Source: Thalia democratica
Lineage: Eukaryota
Reading direction: 5' to 3'
Assembly (NCBI GenBank): GCA_965202585.1
Contig: OZ241829.1
Coordinates: forward strand, 66,898,001-66,962,000
Length of the DNA stretch: 64,000 nt
In this document: positions 11,331 to 24,469 of the stretch, piece after piece
Layout: every line of letters begins with the position of its first letter
Numbering within the stretch: position 1 is the stretch's first letter
Notes under the pieces: generated by a model
The model's database searches: none
What the model was told of the DNA's origin: nothing
What the model saw: only the letters and a program-made list of their open reading frames with translations
Program-made: the position numbers and the translations under genes

Positions 11331-14300
11331 TTTTTACAATTTAAAACTTTATAAATAGCGCATTTTTAGTATTATTATAGTCGCTTTTTGTCGTAACTTG
11401 TAATGTACTGTTTATTTAATTTAGTTTCAAGTAAATATTTCCACTATCTTTAATATTTTTTCATTAACAATTTTGATTTATAAATAACTAAAAATTAGCA
11501 AAGTATAACTTAACTCTATTTTAAACCTTTTAAACAGACTTTTAGACTTTATGACATAACTATTTTTAGCTAAACTTTTTAAATTCATTGTATATAACTA
11601 AATTTACACTATACTATTATCAGTTTTTATCAAGATTATTCTGATGATGCGCTTAATTAAATTAATTAATAAACCTTTTTAAATGAGTGACTTGTGTTTG
11701 AATTTTGATTTAGTATGACTTGTTTAATATTATAGTATTTATACAATACTAAATAGTAAAATAGTATCTAATAAAAAGTTTTTTTTTTCCTAACTAGCAA
11801 ATTTAATAAACTAAACAACAAAGTGGGAATTAAAAAAATTAAACCTGCAATTCCAAAACGCCATTGTTTAGCCGCTCATAGCAAAAGGGTTACAATCAAT
11901 TTATAAAATAATCAGGTTTTCAAGTTTATCATTTTTATTGTTAATTTGGTTATAGGTAGTAATAATAAAAAAAAACTTTTATTTAAAAATAAAAAATCGT
12001 AATCTTTTTATTAATTAAGAGCTATGTTTATTATAAAATTTGTAAAGTCTGTGACTATAACTTTTTTTTAATGAGTAAATACAAAGTTTTAAATTAATAA
12101 CTTTGCTTTACTCTTTAAAAGGTTTAATAGTTTTTCAAAATTACCTACAATGCTGAAAAGTTAAAATCGATTAAAACCGTTTAAACTCTAAAGATAAGCA
12201 TTACGAAAAAAAAATATACTCAATATGTATTGAATTATACATTATCTTAACTTAACATTATAAAATACTCTAACTTAGGTTCGAGAATTCAACCAATTAG
12301 ATAAGCCGATAGACATTTGTTTCGATCCGAACATAGTTCCAGATGATAAAGTACTGAAGCTTAGAAACAAGTAAAGAAGTCGACACTTGTAAAAGAAGTT
12401 TAAGGTTTTTTTTTGATATGCAAAAGAGTTACTAACGAACCAGAGATGAATCAAGTTTGATAAATAGTCTGTTTTTATTTGTTATTAAAGCATGTATTTT
12501 GTGAAAGTAAATGATGCAACTTACTAAACTGTTTTTAGAGTTTTAGAAGTGGGTTTGGTATAAAGTTTTGTATGAATTCAATATTGTCAAGTGTATAATG
12601 GATTTTAATATTACTAACTTAATTCTTAAATAAAAATAATTATATAAGTTATAAAATTAGTTTGAAAAATGAAATATTTAAAGTAGTTTAAAAAATTTAT
12701 ACATAGAACAAACTAACATTTAGAAAGTTATGTTTTATAAATGACTTAGTAACATTGCTATATTCAAATTTAGGTTAGAGAGTTCAACAAATTAGAAAAG
12801 CCAAGATACATAGTTTTCGATCCGAACTTAGTTCCAGATGATGGATTAATAAAGAAATGGATAAAATTTAATTTTTATTGCTAATAAGTTATAGTTTTGA
12901 TGATACTTTTTTTTTCATATGAAAACCAATTTGTTTACTTAATCTTAGTGTAATAATTTTTTTTATTGATACTAATAAAACAAACATATGCGTTAATCAG
13001 CTGTAACTGGATGTTTTTGTCGTGCTCAAACAGTTATTTATGTGTAGAAAATCAAAAAAAAATATTTTAGATAAGATGCAACATAACAATTAGTACAGTT
13101 ATTAGATTACAAAGGAAAAATCAGCATTGAAAACTTGATTGATTTCGTCGTCTGTTTGAGCTTCTTGAAATTTAAGAAGTTTTAAAAAACCACTGTTTGT
13201 CGTGAACAGTAGTAGAAAACGTTTCCTAGTTGTTAGACTAAAAATCAAGTATCGTTTTCACATATTAGCTTATAGCAGCAGATACTACACATGAAGGTAT
13301 AACAAGCATTAGACTTTATACAGATAGTATTATTAGAGTTAAACTAAACTTTGACAATTGGTCGAATGTGCCTGAAGTTTTACGAATGAAACAACTAGTT
13401 TTTGTGTCCAATAACTTGTTTGACGAAGTAACAGGGTTTAAGTATAAAAAGCATTATACGTTTATAAAGTCCTTGTCATCGATTTGATTGTTGGTTAAAT
13501 ATGTGTTCATTTGCCTAAGACTTTGGTTTTTAAAAGAGTATTTCCTGTAGGGCTGTAACCTGCGCATGCTGTCAAAACCTGATTGAAAGTTGTACACTAA
13601 CATTAGATAGTATACAACCAAACTGCTATCAAATTTTAATAAAATAGATTAATATATATTTGTTTAGATTATAATGATAATATGAAATTTACGTTTTAGT
13701 GAAGAAATTTGATACAAGAAAATGAAAGTTTAAACTGTTGAACGGAAATATATTTCACTTTTGCTTTTATAACTCGACGGCAATTTAAATTCCCACTGGT
13801 TTGTTTGTATATTTAGATAATACGGTGTTTGAATAAAAAAGCATTTAAAAAAAGTCTTTCTAACTATTATAGTATCGCATTAGACTTATACTGTTTTGTT
13901 TTTTAATTGTGACACATAAGTTGATTACATTGTCTTTGCTAAATTTTTACTATAACGTAACTATTTTCATTATATACCAATACATTATTTTATTTGTACA
14001 CTTTATTAGTTTAAATAGCACAAAACATTGAAATAGACCAGACTAAATTAATAAAAAAGTTAAATAAAAATTTTGTAAAGCTAACAAAGTTAATAATAAA
14101 AATATAAAATAAGCAATTACTCATGAAATTTAATCTATGACGAAGTAATTTTTTCATGAACAAAGTATGAACTTTGTACAAAACTATGAATAAAAATGAA
14201 TAATTAATTTCAAAACGAATCAGTTTTGATAAATTGCTCTACTTTCTGAAACCATCATAACTCAAGTTTCTGCATCAGCTTAAGTTTATTCTTTATGTGT

Positions 14301-17031
14301 CTCAATGAAAGCTTTTTTGTGAATTACTGTATTCACATTAAGTCAGTTTGGTCACATGGAAATTGCACTAAAATCTTTATTTTCTGCATAAGAATAGTCT
14401 TAACTTTTTTTTTTGCCTATTGAGTTATAATAATATCAGGGACAAGTTTTGAACACATAAGAATGACAGAAATATTTTATTTACGGAGTTGACCTAATAA
14501 GTAAAGTAAAAACCTAAATATAATTTGCACTTTTGCTAGTTATACACTTTATAACTACAAACATCCTGGACAAGACATTAGAAGGTGTCCGTAGTGTGCA
14601 AATCGGTAACCTAAATGCTCTTTGTGAACCAGGTCCTTAAACTAAATATTTTAAGCTTCTTTTTTTTGATATTCAATAGATTACAACATCCAATAATATG
14701 CAATAGTACGTTAAGCAGGCATAAAAATCATTTGTAGCATAAGGACTTGCTGCAACACAAACAACTAATTTTATTTTATTTTTTTTCAGTAAATTAAGTT
14801 AATTACAAGTTGAAGCAACATTTAATTATTCTAAAAATTGTCTGTTGAATTAACTACTGTTTTTCTTATAAATTAGAATTTTCAATGATTGTATTTGTTA
14901 ACAAAGTAGCTTAGAAAATGTGTTAAGTAAAATTTTAAACCTTTTGCGTTAAAAAACAAAATCCATCGTAAACATTGCTAAATCTTAAACTCAATTTTTT
15001 TTATGGGTTCTTAAAAAACCCATAATCCAAAATTTTTTCAAAACATAAACTAATAATAGAAGTTTTTTCTATTTTGTTATTTTTGCTACCATTTAGAACG
15101 CCGTAAGATTTTTCTTTCTAATGTATAATGATAGGTAGCAAAATATAAAAATTCCACACTTCTTTTACCATTTCATATTTCGAACAATGGGTGGCTTAAA
15201 ATAATTAAACAAAAATAACTAAATTTCAAAAATTAAATTTTACTATTTGGTGATTATCTACTAGAGCATCGGACTATAAACTAAATTTATCTTTTTACAA
15301 AGTAGACCTTTCATTTACAGTATTCGTAGTTTTCTTCACGTTATAGTTTATATATGAATAAAAGTATAATAAGACATAAAGTCAATTTTTGTGATTAGTC
15401 TATTAGAATTTCTAATACACATATATATATAAGCCTCTTATAAACTATCTAATTGATCTTTTGAAATTATACAACCAACTAAAGATAAAACATAGAACAA
15501 CCGTTTACTTCCAGATTCTATATCGACTGAATATCTATACTTGATATAGAAAGTGTGTGATGTGGCGACGGGAACGCAACTGTAACTGCTCATAAGGTGG
15601 TTACGTTGGGTAACGCATTTGAAACGGAAGACGCCATTGTAACCAACTGAAGAGGTGGATACGGAGGTGAAGGACATGTTTAGGGACGATTTTGGAAAGG
15701 TTAAATGTTATAATATTATTACTGCAATACTGAGTAATACAAAGATTGTATGAGAACACTTAATCAAATTTATCGGTTATTATAGAAGCTCAACAACATA
15801 ATCTATACAAAATCAAAATCTTCAAAGAGTAAGTATACTAAACTTTTGTAGTATAAGAAAACCCGAAAACTAACAAAGTTAAGAGGCTGATTTTAACTTG
15901 AATAAAGTATTTACGTTACGGTTAAGTTTAAATTAAAAAAAACACAACAAAATATTTATTGCTACTTTTTTAATACAAATTTTAGCTTAAATAAATTATT
16001 TACGTAACGGTTAACTTTAAACGAGTAAAAACACAACAAATGTCAATCATTACTTTTTAAGTACTAGTTTTAATTTAAACCATTTATTTAATTTATAGTT
16101 AAGTTTAAACAACTAAAACACACAACAAAAAACTTATTACTACTTCTTAACTACAAAAGAAAAATACAAAAAAACGACACTAACTCTTTCAACTACGATT
16201 GGATACTTCGCTGAAGAACCCTTAAATGAAAAACACTCAGAAGTTTGATCTGGAAGATAAAATGGGACAAAATTTCTCGAATTTAGGATGGTTAACTGCT
16301 TAAGTCGGGCAAAAGGTTCATTATCCGACTTTTGTAGCATTTTTGACCCCTCCTTACTTGATTAACAAATAGAATAACAGCGAACTTCAACTAAAATGAT
16401 GCAACAGATGACGTTAATATAAGAAAACTTTACAATTTGAAATAAAAAATACTGACAACTTTGACCCTTACACTACATGAAGCGCCCTGCATTAAGCAAA
16501 ACTAAGCTTATAAACAGAAATGACTCGAGAAAATTACCTTTTTGCTCGGAGAAAATTTCCATTTGCGCGAAAACTTTCCATTTTTAAATTAAGTGCATAT
16601 GAAAAAGTTCCCAAGACGGAAATGTTTTATAAATTTTAAAGAGGCGGTGAAAATGACCAGCCTTTGATATTAGCATTTATTTTTACTTTTCAAAGAAGAA
16701 TAAATAGAACACATTGTCGTAACACTATGCGTTACATTTCAGTTTTAAGTTATGGTTATACCAATTGTTGTAATATATTCAATAATACAATAAAAAAACC
16801 GTTTTTTTTAATTAGCTTTGTAATTATTGTTATTAAAAGTTAAAGTTTGTACGTTGTTTTAACAAGTCATGATTTATTTAAGTGTTGGGTTTTTATGTTT
16901 GCTCTTAGTTCAATATAATTTAAGTTTAATTTTTGAGATATTAAGAACATCTGTTAAGTTTTAAGTATATGGTACGTCTTTTATAGATTTGCGTCGAAGT
17001 TAAATTTAAATTATGAAAAACCTTTAACGTT

Positions 17032-17437
17032 ATAGTTGTAGTATTGCGGTCTACTGTGATGTGATAGTTGTATTGTTGCAATCTACTGTGATGTGATAGT
17101 TGTATTGTTGCGATCTACTGTGATGTGATAGTTGTATTGTTGAAATCTACTGTGATGTGATATTTGTATTGTTGCAATCTACTGTGATGTGATAGTTGTA
17201 TTGTTGCAATCTACTATGATGTGATAGTTGCATTGTTGCGATATACTGTGATGTGACAATTGTATTGTTGTGATCTACTGTGATATGATAGTTGTATTGT
17301 TGCGATCTATTGTGATGTGATTGTTATTGTAGTATTGCGGTCTACTGTAATGTTATAGTTGTATTGTTACGATCTACTGTGACGTAAAAGTTGTATTGTG
17401 GCGATCTACTGTGGTGTGATATTTGTAGTATTGCTGT
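17032..17437. repeat. 32-bp minisatellite, left block (about 12 units)
   Basis: Consensus CTACTGTGATGTGATAGTTGTATTGTTGCGAT. Confidence 0.95.
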
Positions 17438-19153
17438 TGTAATGATATTTTCATTTTATTTTTTTATTTTAAGGGGTAGTTGTAAACTGTTTTAGGCATT
17501 TTTCATAAAGTGCTTCCAGTATTAAAAAAACAAACCATTTTAATATAAAAAACAAACATTTTTTTTTATTTTTAGAAGTTAATGTTCATTTCAATGCGTA
17601 TATATTTGCGTTTGTCTTTCAAATACGCGCAAAGTTGGTAAAAAGCTAGTTGTTTTACTTACTAGAAGACGCTTTATTTCTTGTTTCTAGTTTCAAGAAA
17701 ACGTCTACATTGCGGAGTTGATGTTAGTATTTTATATAACTTTACGATTGTGAATACTTTTTGTAGATTTTATTTGTGTCGTGATTTAATAGTTTCTTTC
17801 TTCAGAACTAAGAATTCTTATTGAAAATAAAGTAAATTGCATTTATTCAAAGTGTGTTTTATTTATAACTTAGGAATAAGTTTGTAACTATGTTGAGCTA
17901 CTTGTAAGTAAATAGCCTATTTGGTTAACGTGGAGACCACGCAGTGTCGATCAAGAACCTTGTATCTTCTGATTTAGGAATCTATGAGCAGTCAACAGAA
18001 GTAATGCACACGAACAACAATGACGATCGCAATCTTAATAACCCTCATCAAGCGGAGATGATGGAAGATAGTATTGAATTTTGTCCGTCGAATAGTATTC
18101 AACATTATTTTAGAAAATCAAGCGACGTTAAGCAGCTAACAAATGAATAAGAGTTAAGAAAATTGCAAAATGAAATTCAAAATTTGAATACTATATTAAA
18201 TAAGTCTAGATCACAACGTTACGAACGAACGATGCTAAAAAAACGCGAACCTTTTTACGATGATTAAAAAAATAGTATTCAAAATAGTTTTGTTAGCTTT
18301 AACGACACATTTAAAGCGCAAAGACTAAGTAAAAATTTAAAAGGTTAGACTTCGAAGAAACACTCGTGATATTATAAGTCTTTGCTATGAGGAAATGTTT
18401 AATGAAGGTATTTCTAGTAATATAGATAATTATAGGTTTTTAATTAGGTTTTGGCCAAGAGAAGAGTTTTCAGACTATTATAAAATGACAGAACGGTCTG
18501 AAAGAAATTACAGTTCTTGAAGAAACTTTTTTATTAATAGGGACAATCACTTAGCTAAAATTTTAGATTTTTAGATATTTTAGTTTCGAATGAGCGTACA
18601 AACTTTAATGAAATATTTTCTACAGCCCTAAGTTGGACTAAATGTCCAGAGCAGAACAGAATTAAGTTTTTTATTGCATAATTAACACCCTTTTCGATCA
18701 AAGATAAGATTAGGGAACATTTTAATGAAAGCTTAGAAGATTTTAAAGGAAAAGAACAAGCCATATGGAATGCTTACAAAGAAAACGCATTATTACCTGA
18801 GCAAGTTAATTACGATAGACTACAGCAGTACGAGCAAAATCATTATAAGTCTAAAATAAATTACCATAAGCAAGTTCGTCCTAATCATCAACAAAATTTT
18901 CATTTAAGAGATAATGGTATTAATCATAATTACAATTATCGTCAACATAATCAAGATAGAGATAATTTTAAACCAAGAAAATCATACAATGGGAACAGTA
19001 GTAATAATATTAACGTAGTACAGTGTTTGTCATATCATCAAAACTTACCTACAAAAACATCTAATACAACCAAATAGTTTCAAACAGTCAAAGAAAAAGC
19101 TCAAGTAGTCAAAAAAACTATAGCAATTGTTATGTCGCAAGGATTAGGGTTTT

Positions 19154-19381
19154 ATTCAACGTGATGATCGGAACAGCGATATTTTTGTTCATTATACAGC
19201 TATCATCAAAAACAACCCAAACAAATTCTTAAGGTCTCTTGCACAAGGAGAAAAAGTCCAGTTTGATATTGTTGTAGGTAAAAATAACATGTCAGAAGCC
19301 GCAAACGTGACAGGTCCTAATGGTAAAACAGTTGAAGGGTCTAAGTATGCTGTAGATAAGAATTCAAACTACAACCAGTAG
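19154..19381 (+). pseudogene. Y-box (YB-1-like) cold-shock domain inside the LTR element
   Basis: (GF)[66 protein letters not shown] aligns to the YB-1 [70 protein letters not shown]. The N-terminal KWF strand is eroded and there is a frameshift at about 19153. Confidence 0.9.
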
Positions 19382-20899
19382 TTTCAACAAAAAATTTTAA
19401 ACGGAAACTATTATTCAAGTAATCTCCAACAGCAGAAAATAAAAGCTAGTAGAGCTTATAAGCAAGCTTTTGCTTTTACAGCTAAACAAGGTAAGCTCAG
19501 CAAAGAAAACATCAGAACTAACAGCAGAAAAATAGCAGTTACAATAAAAAATATGACAGCGAACCAAAACATAAAGTGCCAACACTGCAGCTTAAAAGTT
19601 ATAAACAAGACTGAGGCTATTACAATTCTTCAAAAATAAAATCAGAGACTAGTGTATCAAGCAACATATTAGCTTAAAAGAAAAAGAATTTGGCAATATT
19701 TGATTCCTTTAACAAAAAAGCAATTATAACACAGAGTAGAAAAGTGTCGGAATTACTAATAGCAGGTCTAAAACTTTTAACATTTATCAGAAAGCCATTT
19801 TGAAGATAAATATAAATATTTTAACAGAACTAACATAACAGACTTTAATAAAGGTAAAAAGTATTAACTTTTTATTAACATGAAAATCTATCTAAATATT
19901 TTTTGAAATCAGGTAATATTTTTCAGAAGTTAAACTGAAAGAAACTATTAAGTGTGTTTGTTTTGTATTTTTTTCTAATAAAATTTTTGAATTGTAAAAC
20001 TTTATAGCTTTTTTACTTTAAATGATGTGTTATAAAGTTTTTTATATTAAAAATTACAATTTAATAATTGAACTCACAATTAAAAGCTATGCCATAACAA
20101 TTATACCATAGAAAAGTTTTTTATGCCTATTTTTTATATTAAAATTTTAGTAACTACATTTTTCTTTAATTTTAAAACAAAACTAAATTACCAGATTTTT
20201 TTGCTTGTAATATAATCATGTTCAAGTTTAAAGCTTTCAAATTCGACTCGTGATAAATTTTTCTATAAATTTCGAATTTAAAAGTGCTTTCAACTCCCAT
20301 TTATTTTTTACTGTTAACGATCGAAAAAAGCACTCGCAAAATTTTTCTCTTTATAAATTTCTATAATGCATAAGTTTTGTGTCGCTTTAAAAAGAAATAC
20401 TTTATACTTGAATTCTCTAAAAGTTTGTGCATAAAAATACTACTTATTGTTTTGTAAAATACTTTAAAGAAAATGTCTTCTGTTTTGTTTATTAAAGTTT
20501 GCGAGTTAAATACTAAGAAAATATGTTTTATTAAGTTAAAAACAAAATTAAAATGTTTCAAGCGTTTAAAACTATTAATTTTCTATTCAATGCATTTTTA
20601 AATGCTTAGTTTTTTTGTTTTGTATAAAATAATAGGTTTAACATTTAATACTGACAGTTTAGTTATTGTCTTTTGGTATAGTAACATAATAGCTTTTACT
20701 GAACTTTCTCGAAAGAATATCTCAAAATTATTTTTTGAACCGCTTATTTTTGTATAATGAATTATTAGTACAATGGTAGACAATGAAAAAATGATTTTTT
20801 TCTATGTCGACAAGTGACTTCGATGAATTTTTACACTTGAAGTTTAGAGAAGAACAAGCGAATTTAAACAATTCGTTCCTGCTAAATAAACCTCCGTAA

Positions 20900-21000
20900 A
20901 AGAAGCAGCCCGAGAACAAGAAGCCCGAGGACAAGAAGACCGAGAACAAGAAACCCGATGACAAATAGGGATGCCTGAGGACAAAAAGCCGGAAGACAAC
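20900..21000 (+). repeat. 15-bp tandem repeat AAGAAGCCCGAGRAC (reads KKPEN/KKPED), about 6 units
   Basis: GC-rich direct repeats near the 3' LTR of the element. Confidence 0.8.
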
Positions 21001-21797
21001 TAATGACTATCATTTTTACTTTGTCCTTATGTTGTGTTTTATCTTGTTTTTTGTAAATTATGTAATTTTTGAGATAATAAGTATTACAGTTTCTTTTTCT
21101 TACTTTTTTTTTTTGACCCGCCCTTTTAACACTTATATAAAAGTTTAAAGTTAAGTAGGATTTTAAGGATTTAAACTATTTAAAACCAGGCTTTAAAAAC
21201 TAATTTGAAAAGTAAAAGTGAAATAGTGTAATGATATTTACATTTAATTTTTTTATTTAAAGAGGTAATTGTAAACTGTTTTACGCAGTTTTCATAACGA
21301 GCTTCCAGTATTTTTATTAAAAACAGTATTTTTATTAAAAACAAACATTTTTTTATTATCAGGAGTTAATATTCTTTTCAATGCGTATATATTTGCGCTT
21401 ATCTTTCAAATAAGCGCTAAGTTGGTAAAAAGCTAGTTGTATTACTTACTAGAAGACGTTTTATTTCTGGTTTCGAGAATCAAGAAAACGTCTACATCGC
21501 GAAGTTGATGTTAGTATTTTATATAACTTTACGATTGTCAATACTTTTTATAGATTTTATTTGTGTCGTGATTTAATAGTTTCTTTCTTCAGAACTAAGA
21601 ATTATTATAGAAAATAAAGTAAATTGAATTTATTTAAAGTATGTTTTATTTATAACTTAGGAAAAAGTTTTTTAACGTATAACTGTTAGCGTATTATTTA
21701 CTACTCGTAAGTTTAGCAGTCAGTTAGTAAGTTACAGGAGACCACGTATCTAATACAGAAACATAACCAACATTAAAATATAGCCTAATTGGTTAAA

Positions 21798-22290
21798 CGG
21801 TCTACTGTGATAGGAAAGCTGCATTGTTTCGATCTACTGTGATGTGATAGTTGTAGTATTGCGGTCTACTGTGATGTGATAATTGCATTGTTGCAATCTA
21901 CTGTGATGTGGTAGTTGTATTGTTGCGATATACTGTGATGTGATAGTTGTATTATTACGATATACTGTGATGTGATAGTTGTATTGTTACGATCTACTGT
22001 GATGTGATAGTTGTATTGTTGCAATATACTGTAATGTGATAGTTGTATCGTTGCGATCTACTGTGATGTGATAGTTTTAATGAAGCGATCTACCACGATG
22101 TGATAGTTGTATTGTTGCCATCTACTGTGATGTGATAGTTGCATTGTTGCAATATACTGTGATGTGATAGTTGTAGTATTGCGGTCTATTGTAATGTGAT
22201 AGTTGTACTGTTGCAATCTACTGTGATGTGGTAGTTGTATCATTGCGATCTACCATGATGTGATAGTTGTATCATTGCGATCTACCTGAT
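21798..22290. repeat. 32-bp minisatellite, right block (about 15 units)
   Basis: Same unit and orientation as 17032-17437; resumes in register at CGGTCTACTGTG. Confidence 0.95.
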
Positions 22291-22954
22291 GTGATTGGAG
22301 CTAGCACATAAACTTCTATGACGGTTTGCAAACTGTTGATGAAAAATCTCAAGTGTATATTAAAAAGGAGCATGAAAACAATAAACTTACAAAACTTCGT
22401 TTAAATCAGCAGCATAATTTTTTTTACGAATGCCGTAAAATTCATCAATCATGAACAAAAAGAACAGGAGAATAATACTTGTCAGTTGCATCATTTTATG
22501 ATGAAATTACCAATCGTTAAACAAAAATCCTTGAAGATTTGAATAAAAACAATCGTAACGAACATTTCACACTTATCCTTCAAATACGTTTTAATTAGAT
22601 ATAAAAATTTGAAAACAAGCTAGTAATTTTTTAATACATAAAAGTAAATTGTCCGATTTAAGAAATGAAAATCTCAAGGATACGTTTGATTATCTAAAAG
22701 CTATATTAGACATCGTTTAGGAGTTAAGATTGCTTTGAAAAGAATTAATATAACGCTAAAGTGTATAAATGAAACAGATGAAAATTAAATGACTATTTCC
22801 CTTAAATTAATAAGAAATATAAATGTGATGATTATAAATAGAATGCATAAGTTCAAAATAACACTTCAAGTTTTTACAAACCATAACAGTTTTTTAGTTG
22901 AAGATGTAAATACCATTTTAGATAGCTTGACAAACTTGTTTCGCAAGTTCAATC

Positions 22955-23833
22955 ACATTTGTTCATTGAACCAGAGTGGCACTCATCCACGTAACGTAAA
23001 TGGGACAGAAGCGGAATGGTAATGGAGGTGCTTCCACATGATCAGTATGTAGTCAGAGTTGATGGTTCATGGAGACTTACTCGGAGGAACAGAAAGTTTT
23101 TAAGGATATATAACCTAGCCTCAACAAACATTGAAGCAAAAACTTCCCATGGTTGGAGCAGTAATCTACCAAGCTCATATGAGTGCAATGTTGGTCATCA
23201 ACGTCCTGATTCTTCTGTAAAGATTACAGAGGATTGCAACGGTGCCAATACTGGTAAAACCAGTGAGGTTGAAGCGGATCATGAAGAGATTGAGGAAGAG
23301 TACATTCCTTCACCTATAGTTCCCAAAAAAAAAGGTGCCACATGCTTTGTGTAGGTTGAAAGACTTGAGAGCGGAGTACTCCAAAGTAGAAATCACCATA
23401 AGTGAAGTCTGTTTGTTCGTGTTTATACAACAGTTGGTGCTGAGAGTTCAACTGCTGCTGATAGTGATACTTGCTGAGCCAGGAAGGATTCAGCACGGAA
23501 TTACATGAATTTGAATTGTTTTGGAATTATTTAGTGCGTTTTATTGCAGTTTTGTTTTTCTTCAAATAAATCCCTTGTTTAAAGATTTTTTATTTATTTA
23601 AGCCTATTGAGCTTTGTTAATGCATAAAATTTAGTTTCATTTTAGTAAACTATTTCTGTTACTTTTTTAAAAGAGCTATGTCATTGCCTTAAACTTGTTA
23701 TTATCTTAAATGAGCTGGAGGGGATGTAGAATAAATAGCTCATTTTAGTGTTTATATTTATACTTGTTTTCGTTTCAGATTTTACATTGTTAATAAATTA
23801 TTAAGCTAAACTAACAAGGAGTTATTCTTCACA
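22955..23833 (+). mobile_element. Gypsy-type LTR retrotransposon 3' fragment (integrase C-terminus, PPT, short LTR)
   Basis: NQSGTHPR(K)WDRSGMVMEVLPHDQYVVRVDGSWRLTRRNRKFLR integrase-tail motif (frameshifted). PPT GGAGGGGA followed by TGTAGAAT at 23725, with AATAAA and ...TTCACA at 23833 as the putative LTR end. Confidence 0.8.
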
Positions 23834-24469
23834 GTCTTAATTTTCTTACTTTAATTAGCTAATTATTACAAGCATACCACAATTTAAGAAAATACATTTG
23901 TCATTTAAATATAAATATTTAATAATTATGTTTTGTTTTTGTGTTAAAACTTTATTCCGTCTAAGGGCGTTTCACTGCTCGCAAATAAATTTAAGAACAG
24001 ATCTACGGAGTCTATATAATATTAGCACGCATTAGAAAAAAAGCATGTATAATTATGTATAATGTTTATGTGAGTAGTAACTATAAACGAACTTTACGGT
24101 TTAAAAACAAAGTTTGGAATAAAAACATAAAAATATAAAATTGTCTACTAAAACTACACATTTAATAAAAGCATGTACTAACCTCAAAAAAGCTCTAATA
24201 ATAGGCAAGTTTTATAAAAGGAACATAAATTAAGTTGTGCAGAAATGTTACGCCATAATAAACTTATAAAATAATCAATAAGTTATTCAGCTTTAATACA
24301 AACTATGCAGCAAAATGTTTACAAAAAATTAAAACTAAATTTAAAATGTTTATACATACCATATACACGGTATATAATGAAATAGAGGAAACATGTAGTA
24401 ATAAACTTAATGTTTGTGGTTGCATATGAAAATGTTTTGAAATAAATAAGTGCATAAGTAGACAGAGTT

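Larger units (their letters stand above)
17438..21797 (+). mobile_element. Decayed non-autonomous LTR retrotransposon (gag-like region plus cold-shock domain, no pol seen)
   Basis: Direct repeats 17438-17930 and 21227-21797 both start TGTAATGATATTT and end TAGCCTAWTTGGTTAA. PBS-like TGGAGACCACG at 17931. Purine-rich tract before the 3' LTR. 4-bp TSD CTGT/CGGT. Stop-riddled coiled-coil and N/Q/R-rich ORF at 17944-19640. Confidence 0.85.

Noticed and set aside
11640-11690. CTGATGA motif downstream of the Penelope remnant
   Set aside because: No GAAA core or stems remain; at most a dead hammerhead trace.
13100-14780. Several minus-strand coding-like stretches (e.g. DLVHKEHLGYRFAHYGHLLMSCPGC)
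   Set aside because: Stop-interrupted, no recognisable family, and no consistent exon chain could be built.
22058-22243. His/Gln/Tyr-rich ORF on the minus strand
   Set aside because: Read-through of the 32-bp minisatellite; the unit is not a multiple of 3.
17032-22290. CRISPR-like appearance of the 32-bp repeats
   Set aside because: Head-to-tail units with no unique spacers, no cas genes, and a eukaryotic context.
22300-22955. Lys/Asn-rich decayed ORF next to the Gypsy fragment
   Set aside because: Probably transposon-derived, but no diagnostic motif.
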